In this document: one piece after another, positions 9,378-18,934 of the stretch
Numbering within the stretch: position 1 is the first letter of the stretch
How the letters are laid out: every line of letters starts with the position of its first letter
Assembly: GCA_028718605.1 (NCBI GenBank)
Contig: JAQULM010000002.1
Location: 321,776 to 385,775 of the forward strand
DNA length: 64,000 bases
Source of the DNA: Patescibacteria group bacterium
GTDB taxonomy: Bacteria; Patescibacteriota; Patescibacteriia; UBA10025; JAHIVO01
Reading direction: 5' to 3'
Translations under genes and position numbers: made by a program
Notes under the pieces: generated by a model
Databases searched by the model: none
What the model was told of the DNA's origin: nothing
What the model saw: the letters and a program-made list of their open reading frames with translations, nothing else

Positions 9378-10055
9378 ATGAATAAAACAATTATCAAGGT
9401 TAACCAGCTGAAAAAAACATACGCCCTGACCAAAACGAACCAGGTCCAGGCGCTCCGCGGCATCGACATGGAAGTCCGCGAAGGGGACTTCACCGCCATT
9501 GTCGGACCCTCGGGGTGCGGCAAATCAACGCTCCTCCATATGCTCGGCCTGCTCGATACGCCGGACGAGGGCGCACTGCAGATCGACGGCATCGACACGT
9601 CAAAAATGAAAGAGCACGAGGCGCACATGATCCGCGCCCACAAGATCGGATTCGTATTTCAGGGTTTCAACCTGATCCCGTCACTCACCGCCTTGGAAAA
9701 TGTCATGCTCGCAGGCAAGTACGGCGGCATGAAGTACGGCGAGCGCAAGAAACGCGCGGAGGAACTCCTGAAATCAATGGGCCTTTCGGACCGCATCAAC
9801 CATCGGCCCAATGAAATGTCCGGCGGACAGCAGCAGCGCGTTGCCCTTGCCCGTGCGCTCATGAACAATCCCTCGATCATCCTCGCCGACGAGCCGACTG
9901 GCGAGTTGGATAGCAACACCTCACTCGAAATCATCAACACCCTGAAAAAGCTGAACCAGGAGCGCAACCAGACGTTTGTCATCGTCACGCACAATAACGA
10001 CGTGGCCAATGCCTGCAAGGCTATCCTGCACATGAAAGACGGCCGGAACGCATAA
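9378..10055 (+). CDS. ABC transporter ATP-binding protein (LolD/MacB type)
   Basis: GPSGCGKST, MSGGQQQR, ILADEPTG, VTH. Confidence 0.92.
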   Translation: MNKTIIKVNQLKKTYALTKTNQVQALRGIDMEVREGDFTAIVGPSGCGKSTLLHMLGLLDTPDEGALQIDGIDTSKMKEHEAHMIRAHKIGFVFQGFNLIPSLTALENVMLAGKYGGMKYGERKKRAEELLKSMGLSDRINHRPNEMSGGQQQRVALARALMNNPSIILADEPTGELDSNTSLEIINTLKKLNQERNQTFVIVTHNNDVANACKAILHMKDGRNA

Positions 10056-10119
10056 CGTTCCCTCACCGGGTATATTTCGGTGCGGGTACATCGTGGGTGA
10101 ATAAATAACGCATAATAAA

Positions 10120-10148
10120 GGCGGGGTTCCCCCGAAAGAAGCCCCGCC
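10120..10148. terminator. GC-rich hairpin, probable terminator
   Basis: GGCGGGGTTC...GAAGCCCCGCC inverted repeat after the ABC operon. No clear U-tract on the + strand. Confidence 0.45.
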
Positions 10149-10239
10149 CTGTAAAAAGCAACTACGCCAGTGCCATTCCGCGTAACGGCATTTTAGTATA
10201 CAATGAAGGAAATGTTAGAGGCTCGGTCACAATATTCCT

Positions 10240-10569
10240 ATGGCAAATAGGCTGCTCCCCTTCGCGCTTCTGTTCATTGGCGGTATCATCCTCACCGCTG
10301 GTGATGTCGTGATGAAGCAGTGGGTTGAAACAAACCGGCGCATGCTCTACATCGCTGGCCTCATCATTTACCTGCTCGGAATGATCTTCCTGGCACAAAG
10401 CTTCCGGTATAAAAATATTGCTATCGCCTCGGTCATTTTTGTCTTCTTTAACGTTGCCACACTCCTGCTCGTCAGCTGGCTGTATTTCAAGGAAGGGCTA
10501 ACGCCCGTCCAGCTCGCAGGCGTCGCCCTCGGCCTCGCCTCGGTCGCGATCATGGAGCTCGGGTCATAA
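10240..10569 (+). CDS. SMR/DMT-family small membrane transporter
   Basis: 109 aa, 4 TM helices, C-terminal FKEGLTPVQLAGVALG. Confidence 0.75.
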   Translation: MANRLLPFALLFIGGIILTAGDVVMKQWVETNRRMLYIAGLIIYLLGMIFLAQSFRYKNIAIASVIFVFFNVATLLLVSWLYFKEGLTPVQLAGVALGLASVAIMELGS

Positions 10570-10582
10570 TAACTTTCATCTC

Positions 10583-11224
10583 ATGGGAATCACCGAACTA
10601 CTCATCGACAGCTTCAAGGCACTCATCGACAGTGCTGGCTACGTGGGGGTATTTATACTCATGACGCTCGAAAGTATGGTCGCGCCGGTGCCGAGTGAAG
10701 CGGTCATGCCGTTTACCGGCTTCCTCTGGAACGACGGAATGATGTCGTTCTGGATCATCGTGCTCGTAAGCACCGCGGGAAGCATCACCGGCTCGCTGAT
10801 CTCGTATTATATCGGCGCGTATGGCGGCCGTCCGCTCGTACGGAAGTTCGGTAAATTCCTGCTCCTCAATGAACACCACCTTGATAAAACTGAAGCGTTC
10901 TTCCGAAAGTATGGCGATAAAACAATTTTAATAAGCCGCTTTATCCCGATCGTCCGGCACCTGATTTCGATCCCCGCTGGTGTCGGACGGATGAAGCTCG
11001 GAAAATTCGCCGTCTACACAATCGTGGGCGCAAGCCTGTGGAATGCGTTCCTAACTTGGCTTGGCTATACCCTGGGCGACAACTGGGAAATGATCCGGAA
11101 ATACAGCGAAGTGCTGGATATTATTATTATTATCGTAATCGCCGGAGCGGTACTCTACTACATCCGGCGTGTTCTGCAGGCGAGAAACCAGGGCAAAACG
11201 ACAAACTCCTCTGCAAAAACGTAA
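10583..11224 (+). CDS. DedA family protein
   Basis: LESMVAPVPSEAVMPFTG, SRFIPIVRHLISIPAG. Confidence 0.9.
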   Translation: MGITELLIDSFKALIDSAGYVGVFILMTLESMVAPVPSEAVMPFTGFLWNDGMMSFWIIVLVSTAGSITGSLISYYIGAYGGRPLVRKFGKFLLLNEHHLDKTEAFFRKYGDKTILISRFIPIVRHLISIPAGVGRMKLGKFAVYTIVGASLWNAFLTWLGYTLGDNWEMIRKYSEVLDIIIIIVIAGAVLYYIRRVLQARNQGKTTNSSAKT

Positions 11225-11236
11225 CATACTGGTACT

Positions 11237-11740
11237 GTGAGTAAACTCGACGTTCCATATTATAAACAATCAACGGAATACTCATGCGGGCCTGCGTCAC
11301 TCCGGATGGTGCTGGGCTACTATCACCATGCTGCCAGTGAACGTACGCTCGCACGCGCCGCGAAAACAACAAAGACGTACGGGACAAGCCATGCCGGCAT
11401 GGTCCGCGCTGCACGAGCACTGGGATTGCACTGCGTCACGCACGAGCGCGCAACTGTCGCCGAAGTGAGGAGATACATCACGCACGCAATCCCCGTGATT
11501 ATTAACTACCGCCATGCAGACGGCGAGGGGCACTACGCTGTCGTCGTCGGGCATACGCCATCGTCGCTGCGTATCCACGACCCATACGATAGACGATGCG
11601 ACTCCATTACGCTGCGAATGCTCTCCCAAAGATGGTGGGATGTATATCGCACAAAACGGTCAACCCGCTGGCTCATGGCCATCATGCCTGGAGCACGCAC
11701 GCCAAGGCGCCAGGCCAAACGACACACACATCATCCATAA
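11237..11740 (+). CDS. Stand-alone C39-like cysteine peptidase
   Basis: Q..YSCGPASL, GHYAVV and HDP give a Cys-His-Asp triad. GTG start. Confidence 0.8.
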   Translation: MSKLDVPYYKQSTEYSCGPASLRMVLGYYHHAASERTLARAAKTTKTYGTSHAGMVRAARALGLHCVTHERATVAEVRRYITHAIPVIINYRHADGEGHYAVVVGHTPSSLRIHDPYDRRCDSITLRMLSQRWWDVYRTKRSTRWLMAIMPGARTPRRQAKRHTHHP

Positions 11741-11763
11741 ATAACTAGTAACCAATAGAAACG

Positions 11764-13083
11764 ATGGAACGAATTAAAACAATCATCATCGGCGCAGCGG
11801 GACGCGACTTCCACAATTTCAATGTCGTGTACCGAGACAATGAAGCGGTAGAAATTATTGCATTTACTGCCGCGCAAATCCCGGGAATCGCGGGCAGAAA
11901 ATACCCTGCTGTACTCGCCGGGAAACTTTACCCGAAGGGCATCCCGATCGAGGACGAAGCGAACCTCGAGGAGCTCATCAAGGAACATGCGATCGATGAA
12001 TGTGTCATGTCATACAGCGACCTGCCCTACAGCACACTGATGCATATTGGGTCGCGCGTCATGGCAGCGGGCGCAAAGTTTTCCATGCTCGGCGCCGACC
12101 AAACCATGATTAAAAGCTCAAAACCGGTTATTGCGGTTGTCGCGGTCCGGACCGGCTGCGGAAAAAGCCAGACGTCACGCGCGATCGTGAAAATGCTGAC
12201 AGCAGCAGGCAAGCGAGTTGTCGCGATCAGGCACCCCATGCCATACGGCGATCTTGCTGAACAGGCGGTACAACGTTTTGCGACGTACGCTGACCTTGAA
12301 AAAAACAAATGCACCATCGAGGAAATGGAAGAATATGAGCCCTATACCGCAATGAATGCCATTATTTACGCGGGCGTGGACTATGGGGCGATCCTCCGCG
12401 AAGCCGAGAAGGAAGCTGATGTTATCCTGTGGGACGGTGGCAATAATGACATGTCGTTCTACAAGCCTGATTTGACAATTACTGTCGCCGATCCCCTCCG
12501 CCCAGGGCACGAGATCGGATACTATCCTGGTGAAGTCAACTTCCGCCTCGCGGACGTGATCATAATTAACAAAATTGATTCTGCGAAACCGGCTGACATC
12601 GCTACCGTGGAGCGGAATGCCGCTGAGCATAACCCCCGCGCCCAAGTGATTAAAGCCCAATCAACGATCACCGTGGACGATGCTGCTCTCATCAAGGGCA
12701 AGCGTGTGCTCGCGGTCGAGGACGGCCCAACGCTCACGCACGGTGAAATGAAAATCGGCGCCGGCATCGTTGCCGCACAGCGCTTTGGTGCGCGCGAACT
12801 CGTTGACCCGCGGCCATACCTGGTCGGCGAACTCAAGACAACGTTTGAACACTATCCGAATATCGGTACGCTCCTCCCTGCGATGGGATATGGAGAACAG
12901 CAGATGCACGACCTTGAAGCGACAATTAACACCGTTGATTGCGATTCGGTCGTGATCGGCACTCCGATCGACCTCGCGAAACACCTCCATCTCACCAAGC
13001 CTTCAACGCGCGTTCGGTACGAATTAGCAGATGACGCAACCAAAACACTCAGTGCCATACTTTCGAAGAAAAACATTCTCTAA
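11764..13083 (+). CDS. COG2403 P-loop enzyme (cyclic 2,3-diphosphoglycerate synthase-like / arginine synthetase ArcE-like)
   Basis: GAAGRDFHNFN, AVRTGCGKSQT, RHPMPYG, WDGGNND, VEDGPTLTHG, PAMGY. Confidence 0.8.
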   Translation: MERIKTIIIGAAGRDFHNFNVVYRDNEAVEIIAFTAAQIPGIAGRKYPAVLAGKLYPKGIPIEDEANLEELIKEHAIDECVMSYSDLPYSTLMHIGSRVMAAGAKFSMLGADQTMIKSSKPVIAVVAVRTGCGKSQTSRAIVKMLTAAGKRVVAIRHPMPYGDLAEQAVQRFATYADLEKNKCTIEEMEEYEPYTAMNAIIYAGVDYGAILREAEKEADVILWDGGNNDMSFYKPDLTITVADPLRPGHEIGYYPGEVNFRLADVIIINKIDSAKPADIATVERNAAEHNPRAQVIKAQSTITVDDAALIKGKRVLAVEDGPTLTHGEMKIGAGIVAAQRFGARELVDPRPYLVGELKTTFEHYPNIGTLLPAMGYGEQQMHDLEATINTVDCDSVVIGTPIDLAKHLHLTKPSTRVRYELADDATKTLSAILSKKNIL

Positions 13084-14332
13084 GAGAAAGCCCAGGATAA
13101 CCGCCGCCTGGAACCAACAGCGGAGCGCTGCTTTCGTCCATGCGCCGTATGGAATTTTGATAGTCCTCCTCGTTGCCTTAGCCATTACCGGCGGGCTGTT
13201 GCTGTATGTAAACGGCGCAAAACAGGCGGCTACGCCCGTGACGACGCCCACACCGGATACGTTCTGCCAACAACATTCCGCTGACGCGTGCCCCACAGCC
13301 TGTGTGGTCTGCCCTCCCTGCCCTGAGTGCAGTTCACTGGGCTGCCATAATGCACAGTACTGTGAAGCTATCGGCTTCTCCCGAGAATGGTCTGACAGCA
13401 TCCAGGAACAAAGGCAGGTCGTAACCCTTACTGCCGTCGGAGACATCATGCTGTCCCGCACCGTTGAGCAGAAAATGATTACGTACAACGACTGGGCATA
13501 CCCATTTCGAGAAACGTATGAGCGCACCTCAGCAACCAATATTACTTTTGGGAATCTTGAAACGCCCCTCATCGAAGGCCCGATCGTGAAATCGGGAACT
13601 ATGGTATTTCGAGCTGATCCAAAAGCTGTCGAGGGCCTGGAGCTCGGTGGATTTGACGTGCTGTCCCTTGCGAATAACCATATCAAGAACCAAGGTGAAA
13701 AAGGGATAACGTCCACGATAGAAACGCTCGACGCGGCGGAAATACTGCACGTCGGCGCCGGAACAGACATCGGGGACGCTCGCAATCCTGCCCGCATCGA
13801 ACGGAACGGCATCACGTTCGGTTTTCTTGCTTGCACCGAGGGCTGGTTCAATCCCGCATCGTACGAAGCAACCGAGGACCGTGCTGGATCCCCGTTCTGT
13901 GACGAATCAACGATCGGCGATGAAGTGAAGCGCCTGAAATCTGACGTCGATGTGGTTATCGTATCCATGCATGCAGGAACAGAGTATACGCTCGCACCAA
14001 GCGACTGGCAATTGCGGTTCGCCCATGCCGCAATCGACAATGGCGCGCAGCTCGTCATCGGACACCACCCGCACGTCGTCGAGCCGATTGAACACTACAA
14101 GGACGGCTATATTTTGTACTCACTCGGTAATTTTGTATTTGACCAAATGTGGTCGGAAGAAACCCGCGAAGGAGCATTCGCAACAATTACGTTCAAGGGG
14201 GATGCAATCATTGACGTTGCGCTCACCCCGGTAATAATTTACGATTACAACCAGCCGCGCATTGCGACTGGTGATGACGCGGAGCGCATTCTGGGCCGGA
14301 TGGAAGATTTTTACATTCTGACGTTTTTGTGA
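13031..14332 (+). CDS. CapA-family metallophosphoesterase with TM anchor and Cys-rich linker (start uncertain)
   Basis: VGDIML, GNLETP, LANNH, SMHAGTEY, GHHPHV, YSLGNFVFDQ. Confidence 0.85.
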   Translation: MTQPKHSVPYFRRKTFSKRKPRITAAWNQQRSAAFVHAPYGILIVLLVALAITGGLLLYVNGAKQAATPVTTPTPDTFCQQHSADACPTACVVCPPCPECSSLGCHNAQYCEAIGFSREWSDSIQEQRQVVTLTAVGDIMLSRTVEQKMITYNDWAYPFRETYERTSATNITFGNLETPLIEGPIVKSGTMVFRADPKAVEGLELGGFDVLSLANNHIKNQGEKGITSTIETLDAAEILHVGAGTDIGDARNPARIERNGITFGFLACTEGWFNPASYEATEDRAGSPFCDESTIGDEVKRLKSDVDVVIVSMHAGTEYTLAPSDWQLRFAHAAIDNGAQLVIGHHPHVVEPIEHYKDGYILYSLGNFVFDQMWSEETREGAFATITFKGDAIIDVALTPVIIYDYNQPRIATGDDAERILGRMEDFYILTFL

Positions 14333-14362
14333 TATAATAATTGCACATTTTCTTTCTCGTGT

Positions 14363-15241
14363 ATGACAAAAATTACCAAGGTTGTAATCCCAGCGGCGGG
14401 CTTCGGTACGCGCTTTTTGCCAGTCACAAAAGCGCAACCGAAGGAAATGCTGCCCATTGTAGACAAGCCAGTCATCCAGTACGTGGTTGAAGAGGCAGTC
14501 GCTTCGGGGATCAAGGATATTATCATCGTCACGAGCTGGCAGAAACGCTCGCTCGAGGACCATTTCGATTATTGCCCCGAGCTCGAAAAACAGCTCAAGG
14601 AAGGCGGAAAATACGATAAGCTCAAAGAGGTCCGCCAGATCGCGGAAATGGCTAATTTTATTTATGTACGGCAAAAAGGCCCGTACGGCAATGCGACGCC
14701 CGTCATTGCAGCACATCACGTGATCGGAGATGAACCATTTGCGGTCCTGTGGGGCGACGAATTCATCTACAGCAAGTCTCCCCGCCTCAAACAGCTCCTT
14801 GAAGTCTACGAAACATACGGCCACTCAGTCATCAGCGCGGTGAAAGTTCCGCGGGAAGACGTTTCACGGTACGGCATCGCGAAACTACGCCATAAAAAAA
14901 AGAATATCCACCAAATTCTCGATATTGTTGAAAAGCCGAGCGTCGCTGACGCGCCATCTGATTTGGCGACCCATGGTGGTTACGTTTTCACCCCGAGTAT
15001 TGTCCCCTATCTGAAAAAACTCAAGCCGGGCAAGGGCGGTGAGCTCTGGCTCGTCGATGCGATCCGGGAGCTTATCAAGAAAGAGCCAGTATACGCGTGC
15101 GAAATCAAGAATTGCACATACTACGACACGGGAAATAAACTTGAGTATCTCAAAGCAAATATTGATTTTGCGCTCCAGCGGGCTGATCTCCGCGACCCGC
15201 TGCTTTCGTACCTGAAGCACTGCGTCAAGACAATCAAATAA
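14363..15241 (+). CDS. galU: UTP--glucose-1-phosphate uridylyltransferase
   Basis: VIPAAGFGTRFLPVTKAQPKEMLPIVDKP, VEKP, YDTG. TGATATAAT extended -10 at about 14330-14338. Confidence 0.93.
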   Translation: MTKITKVVIPAAGFGTRFLPVTKAQPKEMLPIVDKPVIQYVVEEAVASGIKDIIIVTSWQKRSLEDHFDYCPELEKQLKEGGKYDKLKEVRQIAEMANFIYVRQKGPYGNATPVIAAHHVIGDEPFAVLWGDEFIYSKSPRLKQLLEVYETYGHSVISAVKVPREDVSRYGIAKLRHKKKNIHQILDIVEKPSVADAPSDLATHGGYVFTPSIVPYLKKLKPGKGGELWLVDAIRELIKKEPVYACEIKNCTYYDTGNKLEYLKANIDFALQRADLRDPLLSYLKHCVKTIK

Positions 15242-15244
15242 CAT

Positions 15245-16627
15245 ATGAAGATGCGGCTATCCCACGCTCCCTACGGGCTGTCAAAACTTCTAATCATCGC
15301 GCTGTTTGGCGTCATCGCGCTTATACTCGGCGGCGTTGTGTATACCCTTTTCACGCCGAAGAAAGCATCCCCGCCCGCTGGTGTCACGCTGACAGTCTGG
15401 GGCGTCTGGGACGAATCAACCGACGTCAGCAGCTTATTCAGCTCATACAGCAAAGCACACCCGTACGTAAAGCTCGTCTATACAAAAATTCGGAGCGAAG
15501 AGTACGAGGACAAGCTCCTGAAAGCGTGGGCGACCGACTCGGGCCCTGATATGTACGCGCTGCCCAACTCCTGGATTCACAAATACTCTGAAGATTTTAT
15601 ATCGCCCATGGCAAAAAAGGCTACGGTAGCATATTACGAAACGAAAAAAACTCTCTTTAAAACCGAAACACAATATATCTACCGCACCGAACCCGGCCTT
15701 GCCGCGGATGTGCTCAAGCGAACATACATATCCAACGTCTACGATGACGTCGTCATCAACAACCAGATATACGCGCTTCCGTTTGGAATCAATACGCTCG
15801 TCATGTACTACAACCGGGAACTCCTGAACCAGGCGTTGCTTGCCGAACCTCCGGCATCATGGGAAGAATTCAAGCAAGCAGTGATGAAACTTGCCGTCGT
15901 CGACGACGAACAAAACGTACTTCGTGCCGGCACTGCACTCGGCACGTATGACAATATCCCCCATGCGACTGATCTCGTCACGCTCCTTATGATGCAATTT
16001 GGTACGCAGATGACGACAGGCGGCAAGGTGAGCTTCCAACTTTCTGTCGGCGGAGATGATGTCGCCATCAAGGCGCTCGACTATTACACCGCATACTCTT
16101 CGCCAGAACGTGAAGCGTACACGTGGAATACCCAAATGCCCAACGCCGTTGACTATTTCTGCGATAACCAGCTTGGCTTCATGTTCGGCTACCGATATGA
16201 ACAAACAGCGATCACGAATGCGTGCAAGGGTGTCGATTTCGGCATTGCGGCAGTACCCCAGGTAGACCCGAATTACTCGGTAAATTATGCAAACTACTGG
16301 GCCTACACTGTCTCAAAGAAATCAAAAAATGCTGCCCTGGCGTGGAACTTTCTGCAGTACGTATCAAACTCAAAGCGCGTTGCCAAATATCTAGACGCAA
16401 CAAAGCAAGCGAGTGTTTTAAAATCAGTGCTGGACGAACAGCTGAAGAATCCTGAAACCGCATATCTCGCACAGCAAGCGCTCACGGCAAAGAGCTGGTA
16501 CCGCGGCCGGGATCCGCGCGGCGCCGACGATGCCTTCCAGGCGATGATAGAAGCGATTGTTGAAAATAACCAAACAATTGGCGCTGAACTCCGTAGTGCA
16601 GCTTCAAAAATCCAAAGTACCTATTAA
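15245..16627 (+). CDS. Extracellular solute-binding protein family 1, TM-anchored
   Basis: VTLTVWG, GPDMY, IYALPFGINTLVMYYNRELL, PPASWEEF, AWNFLQY. Confidence 0.85.
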   Translation: MKMRLSHAPYGLSKLLIIALFGVIALILGGVVYTLFTPKKASPPAGVTLTVWGVWDESTDVSSLFSSYSKAHPYVKLVYTKIRSEEYEDKLLKAWATDSGPDMYALPNSWIHKYSEDFISPMAKKATVAYYETKKTLFKTETQYIYRTEPGLAADVLKRTYISNVYDDVVINNQIYALPFGINTLVMYYNRELLNQALLAEPPASWEEFKQAVMKLAVVDDEQNVLRAGTALGTYDNIPHATDLVTLLMMQFGTQMTTGGKVSFQLSVGGDDVAIKALDYYTAYSSPEREAYTWNTQMPNAVDYFCDNQLGFMFGYRYEQTAITNACKGVDFGIAAVPQVDPNYSVNYANYWAYTVSKKSKNAALAWNFLQYVSNSKRVAKYLDATKQASVLKSVLDEQLKNPETAYLAQQALTAKSWYRGRDPRGADDAFQAMIEAIVENNQTIGAELRSAASKIQSTY

Positions 16628-16631
16628 CAGT

Positions 16632-18314
16632 ATGCGCATAACTCGAAACACCATACTCCAACCAATACTGCTCGCACTCTGCGTGGTCTGTATTGCTTCC
16701 GCCATCCCGTCAGCTGCAAACGCCGCTCAGGCAACCTACCCCGAAGGGTTCAAGATAATCCCTGATTGCGCGCTCGACAAGGGCAACTGCGACCTGGATG
16801 ATTTTGTCCAGCTCTTCGTGAACCTCGCCGGCGTCGCCCTCCGCATCCTGCCGTACCTCGCCATGATCATGATGATCTGGGCTGGTTTCAACCTCATTAT
16901 GGCAGGCGGCAATCCCCAAAAAATCCAGGAAGGCAAGAAGATGATATCATCAATCGTCGTGGGCATGATTATTGTCATCGTCCTTGCGTGGTGCTTCGCG
17001 CATTTCGTCGTTTTTATACTGACCGGCAGCTTCAATATCTTTCCCGGATACGGGAATCCGCTTGAGCGCGAATGGTGGGGCGGCGGCACAACAGGCCAGG
17101 TAGACCCCGAGAAAGGCTGCTGCGTTATCAAGGAAGGCGGGTGCGTGGAGGAAACGCGGGAACAATGCGAATGCCGGCAGAATCCTCTCGTATACATCTG
17201 CCCGGATGGCACCCCCGGTCTGGAACAAGAAACGAATTTCATGGGTGAGGGCGAATACTGCTACTCATTTGAAGCTGCGTGCACGAAATTTAAATACGGT
17301 TGCTGCATACCGAAAGTGCCCAATGCCGCTGATCCCGGATCCGACACGTGTTACGTGCCGGACGATGACGGATGCCTCAAATTTCCGGGCACGACGCACA
17401 ACAGCAACATCTGCGCGGCGCTGACTGACATCTGCGACCCGAGCCTGATCCAGGGCACTCAGGACATTTCACCGGATGCCACCGGATGCTGCGTGAAAGA
17501 TAGTTCATGCGCGGAAACAACCTTCACTGGCTGCACCGGCACATTTAACTACGGAGTCAGCTGCAATAACATCGAGGAATGCAAGCAAGGCTGCTGTGTC
17601 GCCCCGGACGGCTGCATATCCGGAAAAATCGATTGCGCCTACTTCTGGAATGCCTCAAAATGCACTGAACCGCCGAACATCGGCGGTGCGGACAATTGCC
17701 GAGTCGGGTGCTGTATTACCAACAATTCTACAGAATTCAACCAATGCGAAAATAACCAGACAGCCCTCAATTGCAGCCTGGAAGGTGACTCTCAGTTCTT
17801 CTCGGCTACTGATTGCTCAACCATTTCCGTATGCGCGAACGGCTGCTGTCTCCAGTCGTGCACGTCAGGAAGCATTGACGGTTCCTGCGGCGCGTATACT
17901 ACATACCGAAAAAGCACCACCTGCGCCGCCTCACCGGATTGCGTTTTTGGCTGCTGCCTCAAATCAGGCGCTACGCGGTGTGTTGGGAATGTGCTCCAGG
18001 GCAACTGCGTTGCGCCGGACACGTGGATCGGTGCTGGTGCCTGTGACCCTGCCGTGTGTGCAACTGGCTGCTGTGAACTAACTGCTGAAAACTACCGGTG
18101 CGTGGACGAGACTTCAACATATTGGTGCCTTGCACAGCCGGGACATATTTTCTATCTCGGTGACGCCTGCTCAGAGGTCAATAACTGTACCGCAGGTGGG
18201 TATTGTATTTACGGCGGTACGTGCTATCCTTGGGGGTCCCCCCATACGCAGGCTGAGTGCGTAACGGGCCATGGCGGGGTATTTTACCCAGCGCCCGCAA
18301 CGTGCCCCTCATAA
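16632..18314 (+). CDS. VirB2/TrbC-like (CPR-type) pilin fused to a long Cys-rich repeat tail
   Basis: Signal peptide, then pilin core (IWAGFNLIMAGGNPQKIQEGKKMISSIVVG), then 8 GCC repeats and 1 GYC repeat. Start placed at the ATG at 16632. Confidence 0.85.
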   Translation: MRITRNTILQPILLALCVVCIASAIPSAANAAQATYPEGFKIIPDCALDKGNCDLDDFVQLFVNLAGVALRILPYLAMIMMIWAGFNLIMAGGNPQKIQEGKKMISSIVVGMIIVIVLAWCFAHFVVFILTGSFNIFPGYGNPLEREWWGGGTTGQVDPEKGCCVIKEGGCVEETREQCECRQNPLVYICPDGTPGLEQETNFMGEGEYCYSFEAACTKFKYGCCIPKVPNAADPGSDTCYVPDDDGCLKFPGTTHNSNICAALTDICDPSLIQGTQDISPDATGCCVKDSSCAETTFTGCTGTFNYGVSCNNIEECKQGCCVAPDGCISGKIDCAYFWNASKCTEPPNIGGADNCRVGCCITNNSTEFNQCENNQTALNCSLEGDSQFFSATDCSTISVCANGCCLQSCTSGSIDGSCGAYTTYRKSTTCAASPDCVFGCCLKSGATRCVGNVLQGNCVAPDTWIGAGACDPAVCATGCCELTAENYRCVDETSTYWCLAQPGHIFYLGDACSEVNNCTAGGYCIYGGTCYPWGSPHTQAECVTGHGGVFYPAPATCPS

Positions 18315-18347
18315 TTATCAAATTTTAAAACATTTCTTGGAACGAAT

Positions 18348-18746
18348 ATGTCAAAAACATTCTTGCTCGGCACTATACTCACGGCCACGGCGGTTATCGC
18401 GCTGACTGCTGTGCTTCCTACCCCATCGACACTTGCCGCCGAAACGGCTGACGCACCGGTGACGCTGCCAAATCCGCTCGGGAAGAAGACTGGCACCGAC
18501 GAGCCGATTAGCATGGTTGATGTCTTGCTTCGCGTCATGCAAATTGCGCTTATGGCTGTGGATGTATTCGCCCTCTTTATGTTCATCCTCGGCGGATTCG
18601 AGATGCTGATTTCGGCTGGTAACCCGAATATGATTAAAAAGGCAAAAGACACGCTCATCTGGGCTACGCTTGGGATACTCGTGATTACATTCAGCTATTC
18701 GATACTCAAATTCGTATTTGAAGAAGTACGCAAGGGTTTCGCATAA
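18348..18746 (+). CDS. VirB2/TrbC-like pilin
   Basis: LPNPLG, ILGGFEMLISAGNPNMIKKAKDTLIWATLG. Confidence 0.85.
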   Translation: MSKTFLLGTILTATAVIALTAVLPTPSTLAAETADAPVTLPNPLGKKTGTDEPISMVDVLLRVMQIALMAVDVFALFMFILGGFEMLISAGNPNMIKKAKDTLIWATLGILVITFSYSILKFVFEEVRKGFA

Positions 18747-18752
18747 GTTTGA

Positions 18753-18823
18753 TTGACAAAAACATCAATACGGAGTATAATAATAACGTTACCATTGACA
18801 CGCATCGTAACCTTTTGTATAAT
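18753..18823 (+). promoter_or_regulatory. Two tandem perfect-consensus sigma70 promoters
   Basis: TTGACA(18753)-17 bp-TATAAT(18776) and TTGACA(18795)-17 bp-TATAAT(18818). Confidence 0.9.
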
Positions 18824-18934
18824 ACCAGGATTTCGTGAATTGCTAGGTTCTTGCGCTCCGATGTGTTTATTATTTCGCTAGTCCCTTCTCGCATTTCAAT
18901 AAGAGAAAAGGGGTAGAAAGGGGGTGAGTACAGA

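Noticed and set aside
10056-10239. Hairpins upstream of an SMR-like gene, a possible guanidine riboswitch
   Set aside because: No ACGR-loop twin hairpins or ykkC motifs. The likely -10 (TACAAT, about 10199) lies downstream of the hairpins, and the protein lacks the Gdx signature.
13024-14058. 344-aa minus-strand ORF
   Set aside because: Antisense to the well-supported CapA gene
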